The notes under the pieces were generated by a model. It saw nothing but the letters and a program-made list of their open reading frames with translations. It was not told where the DNA came from and ran no database searches. A stretch of DNA of 62,388 bases from Octopus sinensis (lineage: Eukaryota), in the NCBI RefSeq assembly GCF_006345805.1, contig NW_021832140.1, positions 1 to 62,388 of the forward strand. The letters run 5' to 3'. The translations under genes were made by a program, and so were the position numbers. Of the stretch, positions 11,628 through 26,051 are shown one piece after another (position 1 is the first letter of the stretch; each line of letters starts with the position of its first letter).

Positions 11628-14216
11628 AAAGCCACCATTCAGTCTCTGGTAGATGAACAGGGGCGCGAATTGCTCGAGCCAAGTAAAATGTGTGAGGCCT
11701 TTCAACAGCATTTTGCCCTAATGTTCGGGACGAGTGGCGGGCAAGAATGTAGGGTGGACTTCAGTGCCTACCTACACAGCCTACCACGACTCTAGACAAG
11801 AGAGGCAGAACGCTGCGAAGGTGCCATCGCGGCAGCAGAAGTGCAGGACGCGATGGCAGAATGATCGAGGGACAAATCGCCGGATTTGGATGGTCTACCC
11901 TGCGAGCCTTACAGTTGTATGCCAGACTTGTTTGGAGACGTCTTGGCAGCGGTGTACTGCAGCTGGCAGCAAAACGGGAGCATTCCTGGTTTTGTGAGCC
12001 GAGGAGCAGTAACACTGCTGAAGAAAGATCTAAACAAGGGGAATGTAATAGATAACTTTAGGCCCATCACTCTGCTTAATGCAGGCTTGAAAATTTTGGC
12101 CAAGGTTGGCACTTGTCATCGAGAAACTGGTCGACAAGGTGCAAGCGTGCGCCGTGCCAGGCCGGAGCTTCCATGACAACCTCCACCTGAAGCGCAACAT
12201 CATAGACAGGGTAGTTAAGGAACCTGGCATGGGTGGGGCGCTGATCAATTTGGATAGGGTAGACTATCGATACTTGGAAGCTGTCCTCAGAGCGGCTGGT
12301 TTCGGTCCCGTCTTCCGCGGCAGGATAACCGCTTTGTAAACAAGCATCCGTTCGGTAATTCGCGTAAGTGGACATCTATCGAGACCTTTCGACATCGCAC
12401 GTTCGGTCCATCAGGGATGCCCCCTCTCGTCGCTTCTCTACGTATTGACTCTCGAGCCATTATTGCAGAAGCTGGCGACTCTGAAGGGCATCCTGCGAGA
12501 ATTGGGATGCGGGACGAGCGTGTCTGCATACGCGGACGATGTCACCGTCATAGTGTCAAGCCACGAGCAGGTCGGCGAGACACTGAAAGACTACTAAGCG
12601 GTGACAGGAGCGAAAATCAACCGGGAAAAATCAGTGGGCTTGCGACTCGGCACCTGGAGAAGCAAGCCCATGCCGTCCACCAGCGCCTCCGTCGTGGGAC
12701 GCTGGACCGACGGTCTGGTCGAGTTGCTCGAGGTCTGGTTTGGTCCGGACCTCCAAATGGAAAAGAACTGGAACGAGATAACGAGTAGGGTGATCACTCT
12801 CGTCCGGCAATGGGCCGAGAGGAAACTGTCCCTAAAAGGTCGGGTGGAGGTGGCGAACTCGTACATCGCGTCCGTCATCTACTACCGCCTGACAGTTGTG
12901 GCTTGTCCCGACCCTACCATCACCAAACTAGAAAGCATTCTCTTTCGCTTCTTGTGGAAAGGATGCGTCCTGATGGCCAGACGATCCATTTGCTGTCAAC
13001 ACCCGTTAAAAGGAGGACTGGGCATGACGTGGTTGATGATGCGCAGACACGCGCTGAAACTGTGACATCTTAGGCTCTATGTAGACGACGATGAACAGGT
13101 GTGGTTGCCGTTTGTGAGGCACGCTTTCCCGCAACTCGTCTCCATGACCGAATTGTAGTCGTGAATCAAAAAGAGGTCGAGGAGGGGTGAATGGCACCGC
13201 GAGTGTCGCGTTGCTCTCAAGCAACTATGCCGTCCCGAGTCGACTTTGAGTGACTTCAACACAACCCAAGCATTCTATTGGGGATTAGTGGAGGGGAGGT
13301 ACGACGACGAGCTCGGGGCGAACCTGGATGTCGACGAGGAATACCTGAACCGCCTGTTCAGGACGACTTTCGGACCAGGGCCCACGGACAACTTCCAGAG
13401 ACCCTGGCCTGGCAGTGCTACCGAGAAGCGCTACCCGTTCGGGACAAGCTCTACAGACACGGCTCGAGAAACACGGGGCCGACCTGCCCGAAATGCGGTC
13501 AGAGCGACGAAACCGTTCTGCACGCACTCGTGCAGTGTCCAACAATTTCCGACCTGTGGGCTTATGTCGAACAGCTGCTGTCACGTGTGGGACGAGTCGG
13601 TTTATCAGCCGAATCTATCATCAATATTGTCACGCCTCCTTCCTTCAAACGGGAAGGAAGAGCTATTTTCATCATCCTTGTGGCTATGGCGAAAGAATAT
13701 ATCTGGTGGACTCGTCTGAAAGGATTGGAGACAAACACTTTCCTCTCTGGTCAATCTCTCATCAACTTCTCCAAGTATCACTTGAAAAGGAAAGTGAGAG
13801 TAGAGAGGCAAGTTTTGTCTAGCGAATGTTTTAAAAAAAGATGGGTGAATATAGCTAGGTTGGCACGTATGAATAACGAAGCCACCTTGAGCATAATCCT
13901 ATGAACTCAGAAATTGAAAACAGAGGGTTACCCACTTGCAAACAAATGTGGTAACATGTAACAATATTGACCGAGGTTACCGTGGTCTTTTCCGTAGGCT
14001 TTCCTTCCCACGGATAAACCTTATCTGCTTCCCCCTTTACACCTTACATTATGACACTGCGATACACGATCCCTATCGATCGTTTTTTCTTCTTCTGTCC
14101 CTTTTACGATCCCTTTTGATCGAAAACCTACCCCACCATTTTTTCTTCCCAAAAAGAAAAGCTCTACTTTGTAATCTGTCCCGTCTGTGTGCAGCCCTGT
14201 ATGGCTAATAAAGAAA

Positions 14217-14220
<4 letters not shown>
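11628..14220 (+). mobile_element. 5'-truncated L1/Tx1-clade LINE (ORF2 RT, C-terminal Zn knuckle, 3' UTR), inactivated
   Basis: KSPDLDGLP, NFRPITLLNAGLKILAK, QGCPLS (~12411), AYADDVT (~12526), GAKINREKS, GGLGM, CPKCGQSDETVLHALVQC. Several stops and frameshifts; ORF ends at 13904; AATAAA at ~14207, then (TC)n. Confidence 0.92.
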
Positions 14221-14269
<49 letters not shown>

Positions 14270-14284
14270 CTATCTATCTATCTC

Positions 14285-14316
<32 letters not shown>

Positions 14317-14323
14317 ATATATA

Positions 14324-14358
<35 letters not shown>

Positions 14359-14866
14359 TAGATATATGTACATAGACACACACACACACATTTATATTAC
14401 TTCTTTACTCTTTAATTATCAGTTTCACCTTCAGAACCGTGGCTATGTTGGAGCAGTGCCAGTAGCGGTTACTACCCCTTTTTAATAGTTGGTAAATACA
14501 TACGCGCATACATACATACATTTATACCAAGAGATAGACAGACAGACAGACATTCACGCACACAGATACGCGCGCACGCACACCACACATACACACACAC
14601 ATCTATCGAATACAAATTATAAATAACACGGAGTGGTAAGAAAATAGCAACAGACGTTTACGTTCAGATAAAACAGAAGAAAAATTCCTTTTATATTTTG
14701 AAAGTAGACGCTCTTCAAAAAGAACAGACTAGGAGGGCAAAATGTGGACAGAGAAAAGAAACAAACGTGTCTCAATTATGTGTGTGTGTGTATATGCGTG
14801 TGTGGTGTCCGTGCGCGTGCAGGCGTGTATGTATGTATGTATGTATGTATAGTATGTGTATATATG

Positions 14867-14921
<55 letters not shown>

Positions 14922-15779
14922 ATATATATATATATGAGTGAGTAGACAAGAGAAAAGAAAGGCATTCAACCACATTTATTGAGTTAGATGTATAGGTCAA
15001 GACAATTTGATTCAGACACCTTGGTACTCTGAGTTTCAAGCGTGTGGCTAATCGCATGCAATTGGAGTCTAAATGAAAGTTCGATTGAAGAGAGTCAATA
15101 TTTATTACTGGACGTTAGCCTGCAATTGGTCGAAAAAGGTCATACGGTATAGCAGTTTGATATCGGTATTTCAGCGACAACAATTAGTTGGAAAATACCA
15201 CATGCCGAAAAGAAAACTGGCCGCATAGAAAATCGACCGCGTGGTGACAAGAAATCGGTCGGTGTTTGGGGAGAAGTAAGAAGGGGTGGTAGATATGAGT
15301 TTATAAATTATATATGAGTATGTATATGCCCAGATATCTACGTGTATGCATCCGTACCTGTGTGTATGTGTGCTTAGATGTACAGTTACACATCCGTGCG
15401 CGCACACACACGCACACACACGAAGGTACACACGCGCTCATACATATACACCCACACATATACACACAACAGACACATACACAGATACACACATACACAC
15501 GCATGCAAACCTTTTTCTCCAATGTCATATGCGCATGAGCACACAAGTGCACACGTGCGCATCCATGTAGACACACGAGTGAACATTTATATATGCGCAC
15601 ACGCACGTGTACGCCTGCGCACACACATCCGTGCGCATGCATACGATGAGCAGATGCATATCCGCACTCACGCACATGCGCACGCACATATACTCGTGTG
15701 GTCACTCAAAAGGGGTAACGTACAGGGGTAATGTGAGAGTATGCGGGTAGACAGGCATGGAGAAATGTTGAGGATTGTT

Positions 15780-16400
15780 CATGCTGTTCATGTGGGTTAA
15801 TTTGTGACGGTGACCTTGGTGCAGCTTGTAATTAGGGGTACCGGGAAAATATGGTGGGGCCCTGTCGATAAGTGTCCACTTGATGCCAGGTGTTTCGTCT
15901 CGGAGGTCACCAAGTCTCCAGTGAAAATGCCATTGAGAAGTGGAGTTCTGTCTGTCCTTGGATCTAAATGAATGCATGTGCTGGGAATATCTTCCATTAA
16001 AGTCATTGGCTGTATGCCCGTCTAGTGCTTAGTAATGCGCTCCGACGGTCTAAGGGTGTCTCTGTATACTACAGCCTTTGAGAGGCAGAATCTTCCTAGA
16101 AGATACGTAAGCTTCTCAGAAAATCTGCTTCTGGCCAAAACATATTTGTAGCGGGGGCGGGATTTTTAAAGATGTCTATTTTGCCTGAGAGTTTAGACAC
16201 TCGTTTGCCAGGTTTCTAATAACTGCGGGTGTTGGGTTGAGCTCTTCTTGTAGGATTAGTCTTTGCCGATGTTCACTCTACGGTTACGATAAGAAAAAAC
16301 ATAGTTTGGTAGTAACCGTTATGAACAGGCCGAACTCTTTGAATATTTTTATCAAGTCCTTCCTGAACGTTCATTCAGACGCCAATGGCCGCAGACTAAC
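15780..16400 (-). mobile_element. Internally deleted Penelope-like element fragment (RT thumb plus GIY-YIG), second lineage, possibly Naiad-like
   Basis: [20 protein letters not shown]..., PAVIRNLA..., CLSKAVVYR..., GHTANDFNGRYSQHMHSFRS...IKWTLIDRAPPY, across frameshifts. Confidence 0.72.
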
Positions 16401-16440
16401 CACACGCTCGAAACCAAGAAGTATGAATCAAACTGTTTTG

Positions 16441-16531
<91 letters not shown>

Positions 16532-16581
16532 CGTCTGTCTGTCTGCATGTCTGTATGTATGTATGTATGTATGTATGTATG

Positions 16582-16680
<99 letters not shown>

Positions 16681-16989
16681 CTCTCTCTATATATATATAT
16701 TTATATATATAAAAACTTACTTGGAGGAAACGAAACGACGCGAGGGCGCTCAGTCATACAATAGTGTAATAAATAAAATATATGCATACATACATACATA
16801 TATGTACGTACCTACATCTACATGTATATATACATGCATATATAAATATATATACGTGAGTACAGGACACCACAAATAGACGTAGAACTCAACGAGAAAC
16901 GAAAACGTAAAAACATCAAAATGTGACTGCGTGTGTACCGTTGGCGATTTTTTCCTCCGTCTTCCCTTCTTTGGATCTTTTCTTTTCCT

Positions 16990-17061
16990 ATGTTTCTGAC
17001 GAAGAGCTCCGCTCGAAACGTTAAACCCTCCTTCTTTCCTTCTTTCCTGAGCGTCCAATAA
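16990..17061 (+). ncRNA. Type I hammerhead ribozyme fold in a PLE pLTR-like unit (~16712-17130)
   Basis: CTGACGA (16996-17002), A, GAGC-tcc-GCTC, GAAA (17015-17018). ACGTT pairs with AGCGT (17050-17054); GUC cleavage after 17055. Stem I is imperfect. Confidence 0.75.
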
Positions 17062-17169
17062 TACTATACTTGTTACACGTCGTCGCGTTGTTGTGTTTTC
17101 TGTTTGTGTTTTCATGTTGGATAAACTATATATATATATATATATTATATATAGATATATACAACACTC

Positions 17170-17207
<38 letters not shown>

Positions 17208-17420
17208 GAGTAAGCAAATAATACTTAAGGTAGAGAAATATGCATTTTATTAAAGCTGCAAAATATTCACAAAACGGTTACTTAGAGTTTCATGTTGAGA
17301 TATATATATATATGTATGTATGTATATGTATACGTATGTATATATGTATTCATGTATTTATGTATGTATGTATGTATGTATGTATGTATGTATGTATGTA
17401 TGTATGTATATGTATATACG

Positions 17421-17451
<31 letters not shown>

Positions 17452-17967
17452 GTATTTATGTATATATTATTTTTCAATTTTTGTCTTAAGCATTGTCATT
17501 AGAGTGGGACACCACACTGAAGAATTTTATAGGCCCCAGTACCTTTCTTACAGCATGGTACTTATATATATATGTGTGTGTGTGTGTGTGCAAACACTCA
17601 CTCTCACAGACAAATAGACTTACATACCCGCGCGCACATATATATATATATATATATATATCTATATATATATCTATACATATATATGTAAACATGTATA
17701 CATATATATATATCCATCTCTGTTTCTGTCTTTCCTGATATATATATATATATTAGATATAGTGTAAGACATTATTAATTTAATAATTAACAAATTCCAC
17801 CAAGTAGCTTCGGTATGGAAAAAAACCTTTATCGGTAAAAACTCATACAAAAAGTTTTTTTATAGTTATAAATATAATTAAGGGTTTAGCAGAAAGTTGC
17901 TTCACCACATAGCAAAAATTTAGAAATTGCAGTCAAACACCGCTAATTCTTTTAACTACAATATAAC

Positions 17968-18685
17968 TCCACAGACCGCAATACTCGTAACTCACATAGG
18001 CAAAAAGAAAAAAAAGTATCGAAATCAACCATTCTTACGATTAATCATGTACGCGTTTCGGGATTAGAATTTTAAAATTCAGTTCAAGATTATAAATTTG
18101 AAAATGCTAAACCTGCACTTTGCATCTTCGATCAAGCGACATCGAAACATAACATAAGATAGAACATCACTTCCGAATTCATATAGACGAGTAATTCCGC
18201 ATCCTCCCACCTAAAATTGCCATGTGCGTCACACGATAGTACCACACGAAAAACTGTAGTTTGCTATCAGGGAGTGAAATTGTCATTTTAGATACGGGGT
18301 AAAAAATTTTTTGTTGAAATTTGTTTATTATTAAATTAATAATTTTTTTATCCTATATCTAAAATGATAATATCATCCCTTGACAGCAACTGCAGTACTA
18401 TCTTTTGACCCACATGACAAGTTTAGATGGTAGGATGCGGAACTATTCGTCTATATTACTCGGAAGTGCTGTTCTATCTTATGATATGTTTCGATGTCAC
18501 TTGATCGAAGATGCAAAGGGTAGGTTTAGCATTTTCAAATTTATAATCTTGAAATATCATGCTGATGAGGGAAATGAATCCTAAAATTCCAATCCCGAAA
18601 CGCGTACATAATTAATCGTAAGACTGGTTGATTTCGTTAGTTTTTCTTCTTTTTGCCTATAGGAGTTACGAGTATTGCGGTTTGT

Positions 18686-18688
<3 letters not shown>
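17968..18688. repeat. Long foldback: arms ~340 bp at roughly 80-90% identity by eye, short AT-rich centre
   Basis: tccacagaccgcaatactcgtaactc... pairs with ...gagttacgagtattgcggtttgtgga; pairing continues inward to ~18305/~18345. Confidence 0.9.
18559..18609 (+). ncRNA. Minimal type I hammerhead ribozyme, intact core
   Basis: ATG-CTGATGA (18562-18568)-GGGA...TCCC-GAAA (18597-18600)-CGCGTA-CAT: 3-bp stem I, 4-bp stem II, palindromic ACGCGU stem III, GUA triplet. Confidence 0.85.
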
Positions 18689-18755
<67 letters not shown>

Positions 18756-19461
18756 CTTATAATGAAAATTTCACAAATCCTGTAAATAGCTACCCAGGTT
18801 TCTTGGTCAAAATAATGATACATTCCGCAGTTATAAAGCTGAAAAGCAAGAGCTTTTGGCATTTGCTTTTTTTAGCAGATAACGTTTAAACAAGAGACAC
18901 TGGAAAAGAAAAATACAAAAACCACAAGGGTGATAACCCACGTTACAATAATTTGATTTCAAGCAAATGTAAGTCAGATGTTAATGGTTTACTAAGTGAC
19001 CTGTGGTCTGCTTTTAAATTCCGGCATCGTGTATTTTTTTAAATATAGACATACAGAAAAATCTTGTTCCTCGAATTTATGTATTCGTTGGAGGATCTCA
19101 AGTTTTTTAAAGAGATAGAAACAGTTTTCGAGGAGAACACACAGAATATTTTTGGGGCCCATTTTTTATAGGGTCTGCATTTGTAGAGGATTTTCTATTT
19201 GATGTCGAACCTGATCCCTTCGTCATTAAGTTTCCAGATTAAAACCGAAAGGGTTTTTGAATGCCTCTTATCATGGTACCTAAATTTTAAAAGATGGTTG
19301 TTATAACTAGGTTTAAATAGACACACACACACACACACACCACACACACACACACACTCTGTTGAGTCTGGGAAGAGTCATTTTCTTTTTGTGCCTTATA
19401 ATTTAATACATTCACCGGTAAAATTTCCACTTATTTCTTATTTTTAATTTCCTAAAATTTT

Positions 19462-20409
<948 letters not shown>

Positions 20410-21807
20410 TTCACTCCTGTTTTACACAAAATAACTCCTACTCTCTCAAACAATGATTAGTTCATTGCTATAATTATTTCCTTTTAGTTTTAAAGTATCT
20501 TGAATACAGGATTTTCATTTTTAAGGCAACGGGTAGTACTTTCAGAGAAGAGGAAAACTTGATCGTAAAACATTGAACAGGTAGATCAACTGTGCAGAAG
20601 TATTAGAGTGGTGGATGATTGTGTTAATAACCGATTGGCTAGCGAGTTGAGGCGTTGAGTCTTTAATGCATCCTTATGTATAGAATATTCGAGGTGCGAA
20701 ACCCGAAATTTGCTCCCATGATTGCTGTTCAATAATTCCGTTTCATTGAATAATTTTGTTCTATAATTCTGTTTGATCGCAGATAGCCGCAGTTACTCAA
20801 CATCAACGACAGCAACAACAACAACAACAACATCAACAGCAACAACAATAACAGCAGCTGTTGCGTCCACTACAATGATGATAGCAGCATAGAGAGACAA
20901 CACTATAGTTTAATTATGTAAGAGAAACGATTGTGAACCATCCCGCCCCAAACATATAAACTGACGAAAATATAAAAACAAAGATTTAGTGTCCGTATAA
21001 ATACCAAATAGTATTTCAGTTCTAAATTTTCCATTGTGAGATCAAATTGTGGTGGAATCCAAATCCATACAGTTCCATCAGAGTCACATACATGAACTGA
21101 AACATACGTATATTGAGTTCTACATCAAGTTATTAGTATTGCAGTGCCTAAGCAAATTATATATATATATAAAGATGGAAATCTTTTCATCGCTTTTTTC
21201 TCTACCCTTCACTACCTATTTTCCCTCTCTCTCTTCCTTTTTTTCTGTACCATGTGACCATCTCATTTCTCCTTTCAGCCTTCCTTTTCATGCTTGACCT
21301 CTAACCTATTTAGTCATTCTTCTCTTGGGCTCTCGCCTTTGAATTTATTTCCAGCTCAGAGTTCGTCCCATTTTCCACCTTTCGTTCTATTTTCCTGTCT
21401 ATTTCTTGTATCCTTCCACATTTCGTTCTGTCTTTTTGTCTCTCTACTTTTCTTTTCAAGTCGTATAGGACGTCATTTCCATTACCGTTACTTCTACACA
21501 AGTCTTGTCTTAATACTGTCTTATAGATGAAAGGCATTTATTTGTGTGTGTATATTTATATATGTACCAACTACTTGTATTATTTGCTTGTTTTCGTAAC
21601 TGTCTTTCAGTTATTTCCAGCAGTTTTTGCTGGTGATACCACCAAAAGGACCAAAGTTATCGTTAAAGGCGCGAAGCTGTTACGCTCTTTGGACGATAAC
21701 TGACGAGGGAAGAGCATATCCACGTCTTGTGCGTGAATTTTCCGTGTGCTCCTTTGTCACACAGACACACGTTTTTGTATTTGTACATATATATATGTAT
21801 ACATACT

Positions 21808-21884
<77 letters not shown>

Positions 21885-21980
21885 TACATTATATCTGTAT
21901 AGCATATAGAGTATATAATCATGACATCGTGTGTGTGTGTGTGTGTGTATGTGTGTGTGTGTGTGTGTGTTGTGTGTGTG

Positions 21981-22022
<42 letters not shown>

Positions 22023-22349
22023 CGTGTGTTCAAGGAGGATAATATGAATATCAAATGTAAGCTGAAGATGTTTGAGGGATGACTAAAACGTCATCCGTTA
22101 TTTGTGATGGTCTCACATCCGAAAGAGAAGCTTTCATTTTTAGGGGTCAGAAAATACACCAACTCGTAAAGCTTGCTGATTTTCTAGAAGGTTCGGATGA
22201 CCCTCATGCAGGAGTATTGTTCATTTGTATGGAACGGCCCACTTGTTATATACTACACTAATATTTGAATCGTATTGAAACGGAGGAAATCAAGCAGATT
22301 AGCAATGATCGCTGACAGCACTACCCCTCTCAGACGTTGTTTCAATTAT

Positions 22350-22560
22350 CAGCCTCTTATGCCTCTCCTACATAGGAAATTCCTCCAATGAGTTAACAAA
22401 TAGCACAACTCCCAACCCAAGACCACAGATTTCGTGTCCCATCACACGAAGTCTTGCACTAAATACTCTGTTATATACTTCCTATTCAATTCTGCAACGT
22501 TTTAAATGTCCTTCCTACACACATCTGCCCAACCAGGTATTAACTTGCAACCTACATTAG
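22350..22560 (+). mobile_element. Possible highly decayed CR1/L2-clade LINE 3' remnant
   Basis: Weak resemblance of frameshifted peptides to the CR1/L2 ORF2 C-terminus; no diagnostic motif. Confidence 0.25.
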
Positions 22561-22993
22561 TCTTGAATAAAATACGTGGAAAGTAAAACATTTTCACCAT
22601 TTGCCCAAGACACAACACACCATCACTACTTATTGCTGACTAGTAAGCAGTCTTAAAGCGTTTCCTAGCTTTCAGGTCGTTATATGACGTTCATCACTGC
22701 CATTTACAGCTTTCCAAGAAATCCTTCATAATGAGAGAGAGCAACTTGAAAAATTGCACACAACATAGTCTTTGTAAGTTTAATTTTTGACTCACCACCA
22801 AGAATCAAATGTTACTTAGAAATTTTGGAAAAAACTCAATATCAAACTTGTTAAATGAACATAGGGTTGTCTTTTAAATATTACGTGCATCAAAGAGATT
22901 AGATACGGAATGATCTTATATATATATAATATATATATATGTGTGTGAGAGGGAGTGTGTATGTTTATATATGCATATATATATTATATATAT

Positions 22994-23037
<44 letters not shown>

Positions 23038-23620
23038 GCATACATATGTATATATGCATATATACGTGTGTGCGCGCGTGTATATTGATAGTTAGACATC
23101 ATACATACACACATACATATATACATACATACATACAGGCAGGTAAAGAGATGGATAGGTTGATAGGTAGGTTGAGAGAGAGAGAGAGATGTTTCTGTGA
23201 GTGAATGTGCGTTTAAAAGATAACTTATTATACGGCTATACATATGCGCATGCGCGCGGAGTGGGTGAATCTTTTTCTTTTATTATTTATCGCAATTCTT
23301 TCTACAAGAAGGAGCTGGGTTTTTAACAAAAAAGACCCCAAATAAATAAAATAAGTAAAACTCTATCGCTAGAATTAATGAATGTCTATGTATATAAATG
23401 TAATGTGTATACATGTATGAGTATGTAGGTGTTTGTATATATCTATATACAAATATATAGACATAGCTAGCTAGCTAGATAGATAGATAGATAGATAGAT
23501 AGGGAGGGAGAGTTGGGGATAGGCACATATGCCTAAGCATAGCAACGAATGAAAACTGAAAGTACAAGAAAGGCTAAGAGATCAATATACACTAGATAAG
23601 AAAAGAAAAAGGGAATGAGA

Positions 23621-23659
<39 letters not shown>

Positions 23660-24765
23660 TGCGTCTGTGTCTGTGTCTGTGTGTGCGCGCGCGTGTGTGT
23701 TCGCGCGCGTATGCGTTGGTGAGAAAGAGAGGAGCAGGCTGTTCTTATGAGGTTTGTGGGCCGGAGTGTGTGTATGTGTTAGAATGTGTGCCGATATATA
23801 TGAGTGTATACTGTAAGTTTGTTGATGTTTACATATATCAATGTGTCTGTTTTTCCATGTGAGTGTTTTTACCTATTTTTCTATAGATGTGTAGATATTT
23901 TGAATAGATGTTTGCTGTGTGTGTGTATGTAGTGTGTCTGTGTGTATGTGTGTATGTTTCTTAGCGTATATATATATATATATAATATATATATATCGTG
24001 CGTGAACAGCGTGTTTGTGCCCATGTTAGTATGTGTGCGATTGAGTATACTAGTGTATAAGCGTTTGTGTGAGTCTTTGTAAATGTGTATGTGTGTGTCT
24101 GCATGTGGTAAAGTATGTTTATGAATGTGTCAATATGCATTTATGTGTGCGTGAGGCTTTGTATATGTGAGCGTGTGTAGGCCTGTGTGCGCGTAAGTTT
24201 GTGTATGTGCGTATACACACACGTGAGATTGTATGTTATCACATATTAGTGTTTCAACGTGTATTTGTGTGAGTGTATCTGTGTGTGTGTGTGGTTTGTG
24301 TGTGTTTGTGTGTGTGTGTGTGTGTGTGTTTGTATGCATGTGTGTGTATCTGTGTTTATGTGTGTTTGTAGACGCGTGTCTATATAGATGCTTGTGTGTG
24401 TGTGTGTTTGTATGGCCCCTTAAGGCTAGAACGTGACAATACGTCGAAAACCCATTAAATATCTCTTGAGGGTATGTGTGCAGACCCAGAAGAGTCTCCA
24501 CTACAAAATGGCGCGAAGGTAAATAAGAAATGGGCGTCATTTCTCTCGGGACAATGGACAACGTGTTATATTTGCTTCCGGTTGGGCGGCCATTTTTATT
24601 TCATTCTTCCCTTTCTTCATTCTTTTTATCGTTTTTTTTTTGTACTTTTTATCTTTCCTCTTTCGTTCTCTTTCCGTACCCACCTCCTCTCTCTCTCTCT
24701 CTCTCTCTGTTTTTGGGCTCTCTCTTTTTTCTGTCTCCCTTTCTTTGCCTTCGCCTCTCTTTCTG

Positions 24766-24836
<71 letters not shown>

Positions 24837-25377
24837 ATATATTTATACACCCATTTTACTATTAAGTCTCCTACTTCATTTTTTTCTTACGAATTTCTTT
24901 CTTTTCTTTTTCATTTCCTCTTTTACCATATTTTTCTTTCTCTCTCACAATTTTTTTCATCTCCCTTACACCTTTCAATCGCTTTCACTTCCTCAAACCC
25001 TTTACTCTCTGTAAAATCTTTTGTTTTTCTTCCCACTGTTATTCCTCAACTACTCATTCTTCATATATGTGTGTTTCTTCTTCATTCATTCACTCATTCA
25101 TAAAACTTTTCTATCTTTAATTTCTTCTCTCTTTCATGAATTTTAGCCAAATTTTCTTCATTTATATTTGTCAACATTTTCTCTTGCCTTTCTCATTTTC
25201 TCTTTACTGCTTTCCGTCTTTGCTTTCATTTTTCCTTCTTTTATTTTCTTGTAATTTTCTTTAATGATATTTTCAGATGCATTAATATTATTCTTTCATT
25301 CTATGCGCTCAATATCTCCGGGTTTCCTTTTCCCTTTCTTTCTTTATTATATCAGCATACATACATGCATACATACA

Positions 25378-25409
<32 letters not shown>

Positions 25410-25655
25410 CATACACGTATTATATATATATTTATATATATTATATATATAATATATATATTTATAATAAGAGTAGATCGTATACGAGTGGGTATATATT
25501 TGTAAAAAAGAAGTTTGAAAACGCCACTACATTAGATAAATTTTAATTTTCTTATGAATTTGACATGTTTCGGTTCTTGAAAAAACGAGCCTTATCAAAA
25601 ATATTATAAAAAGTGCAATAGAAAAGTTCATAATCGTTTCTTACTGGTCTCAATA

Positions 25656-25982
25656 GAATCCATGTGGTGGTGTTTTGTCGGTAGTTGATATTATCGCTAT
25701 ATTACAGTTGAGTGTAGTGAAGAAGTTCATTATTGTTTCTTGCTGGTACCCCAACCACCACCAAGGTTGCCAAAATTACGACCAACAGTAACTGCTGCTA
25801 GGACAGCCACAGGTTACTACTACTACGACCAACAATCACTACTGTTGCTACCATTGGTACACAGGTAAACAAAAAAGCGGTTCCTTTTGATACCAGCAAG
25901 AAAGAATAATGAACTTCTTCACTACACTCAACTGTAATATAGCGATTATACCAACTACCGACAAACACCACCACATGGATTC
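25656..25982. mobile_element. MITE-like foldback, TIRs ~93 bp, TA-flanked
   Basis: gaatccatgtggtgg...ttcttgctggta (25656-25748) vs taccagcaagaaa...ccacatggattc (25891-25982), about four differences. TA at 25654-55 and 25983-84. Confidence 0.8.

Positions 25983-26051
<69 letters not shown>

Noticed and set aside
21690-21730. CTGACGA-GGGA...TCC-ACGTC as a hammerhead
   Set aside because: The GAAA half is missing; cannot be separated from chance.
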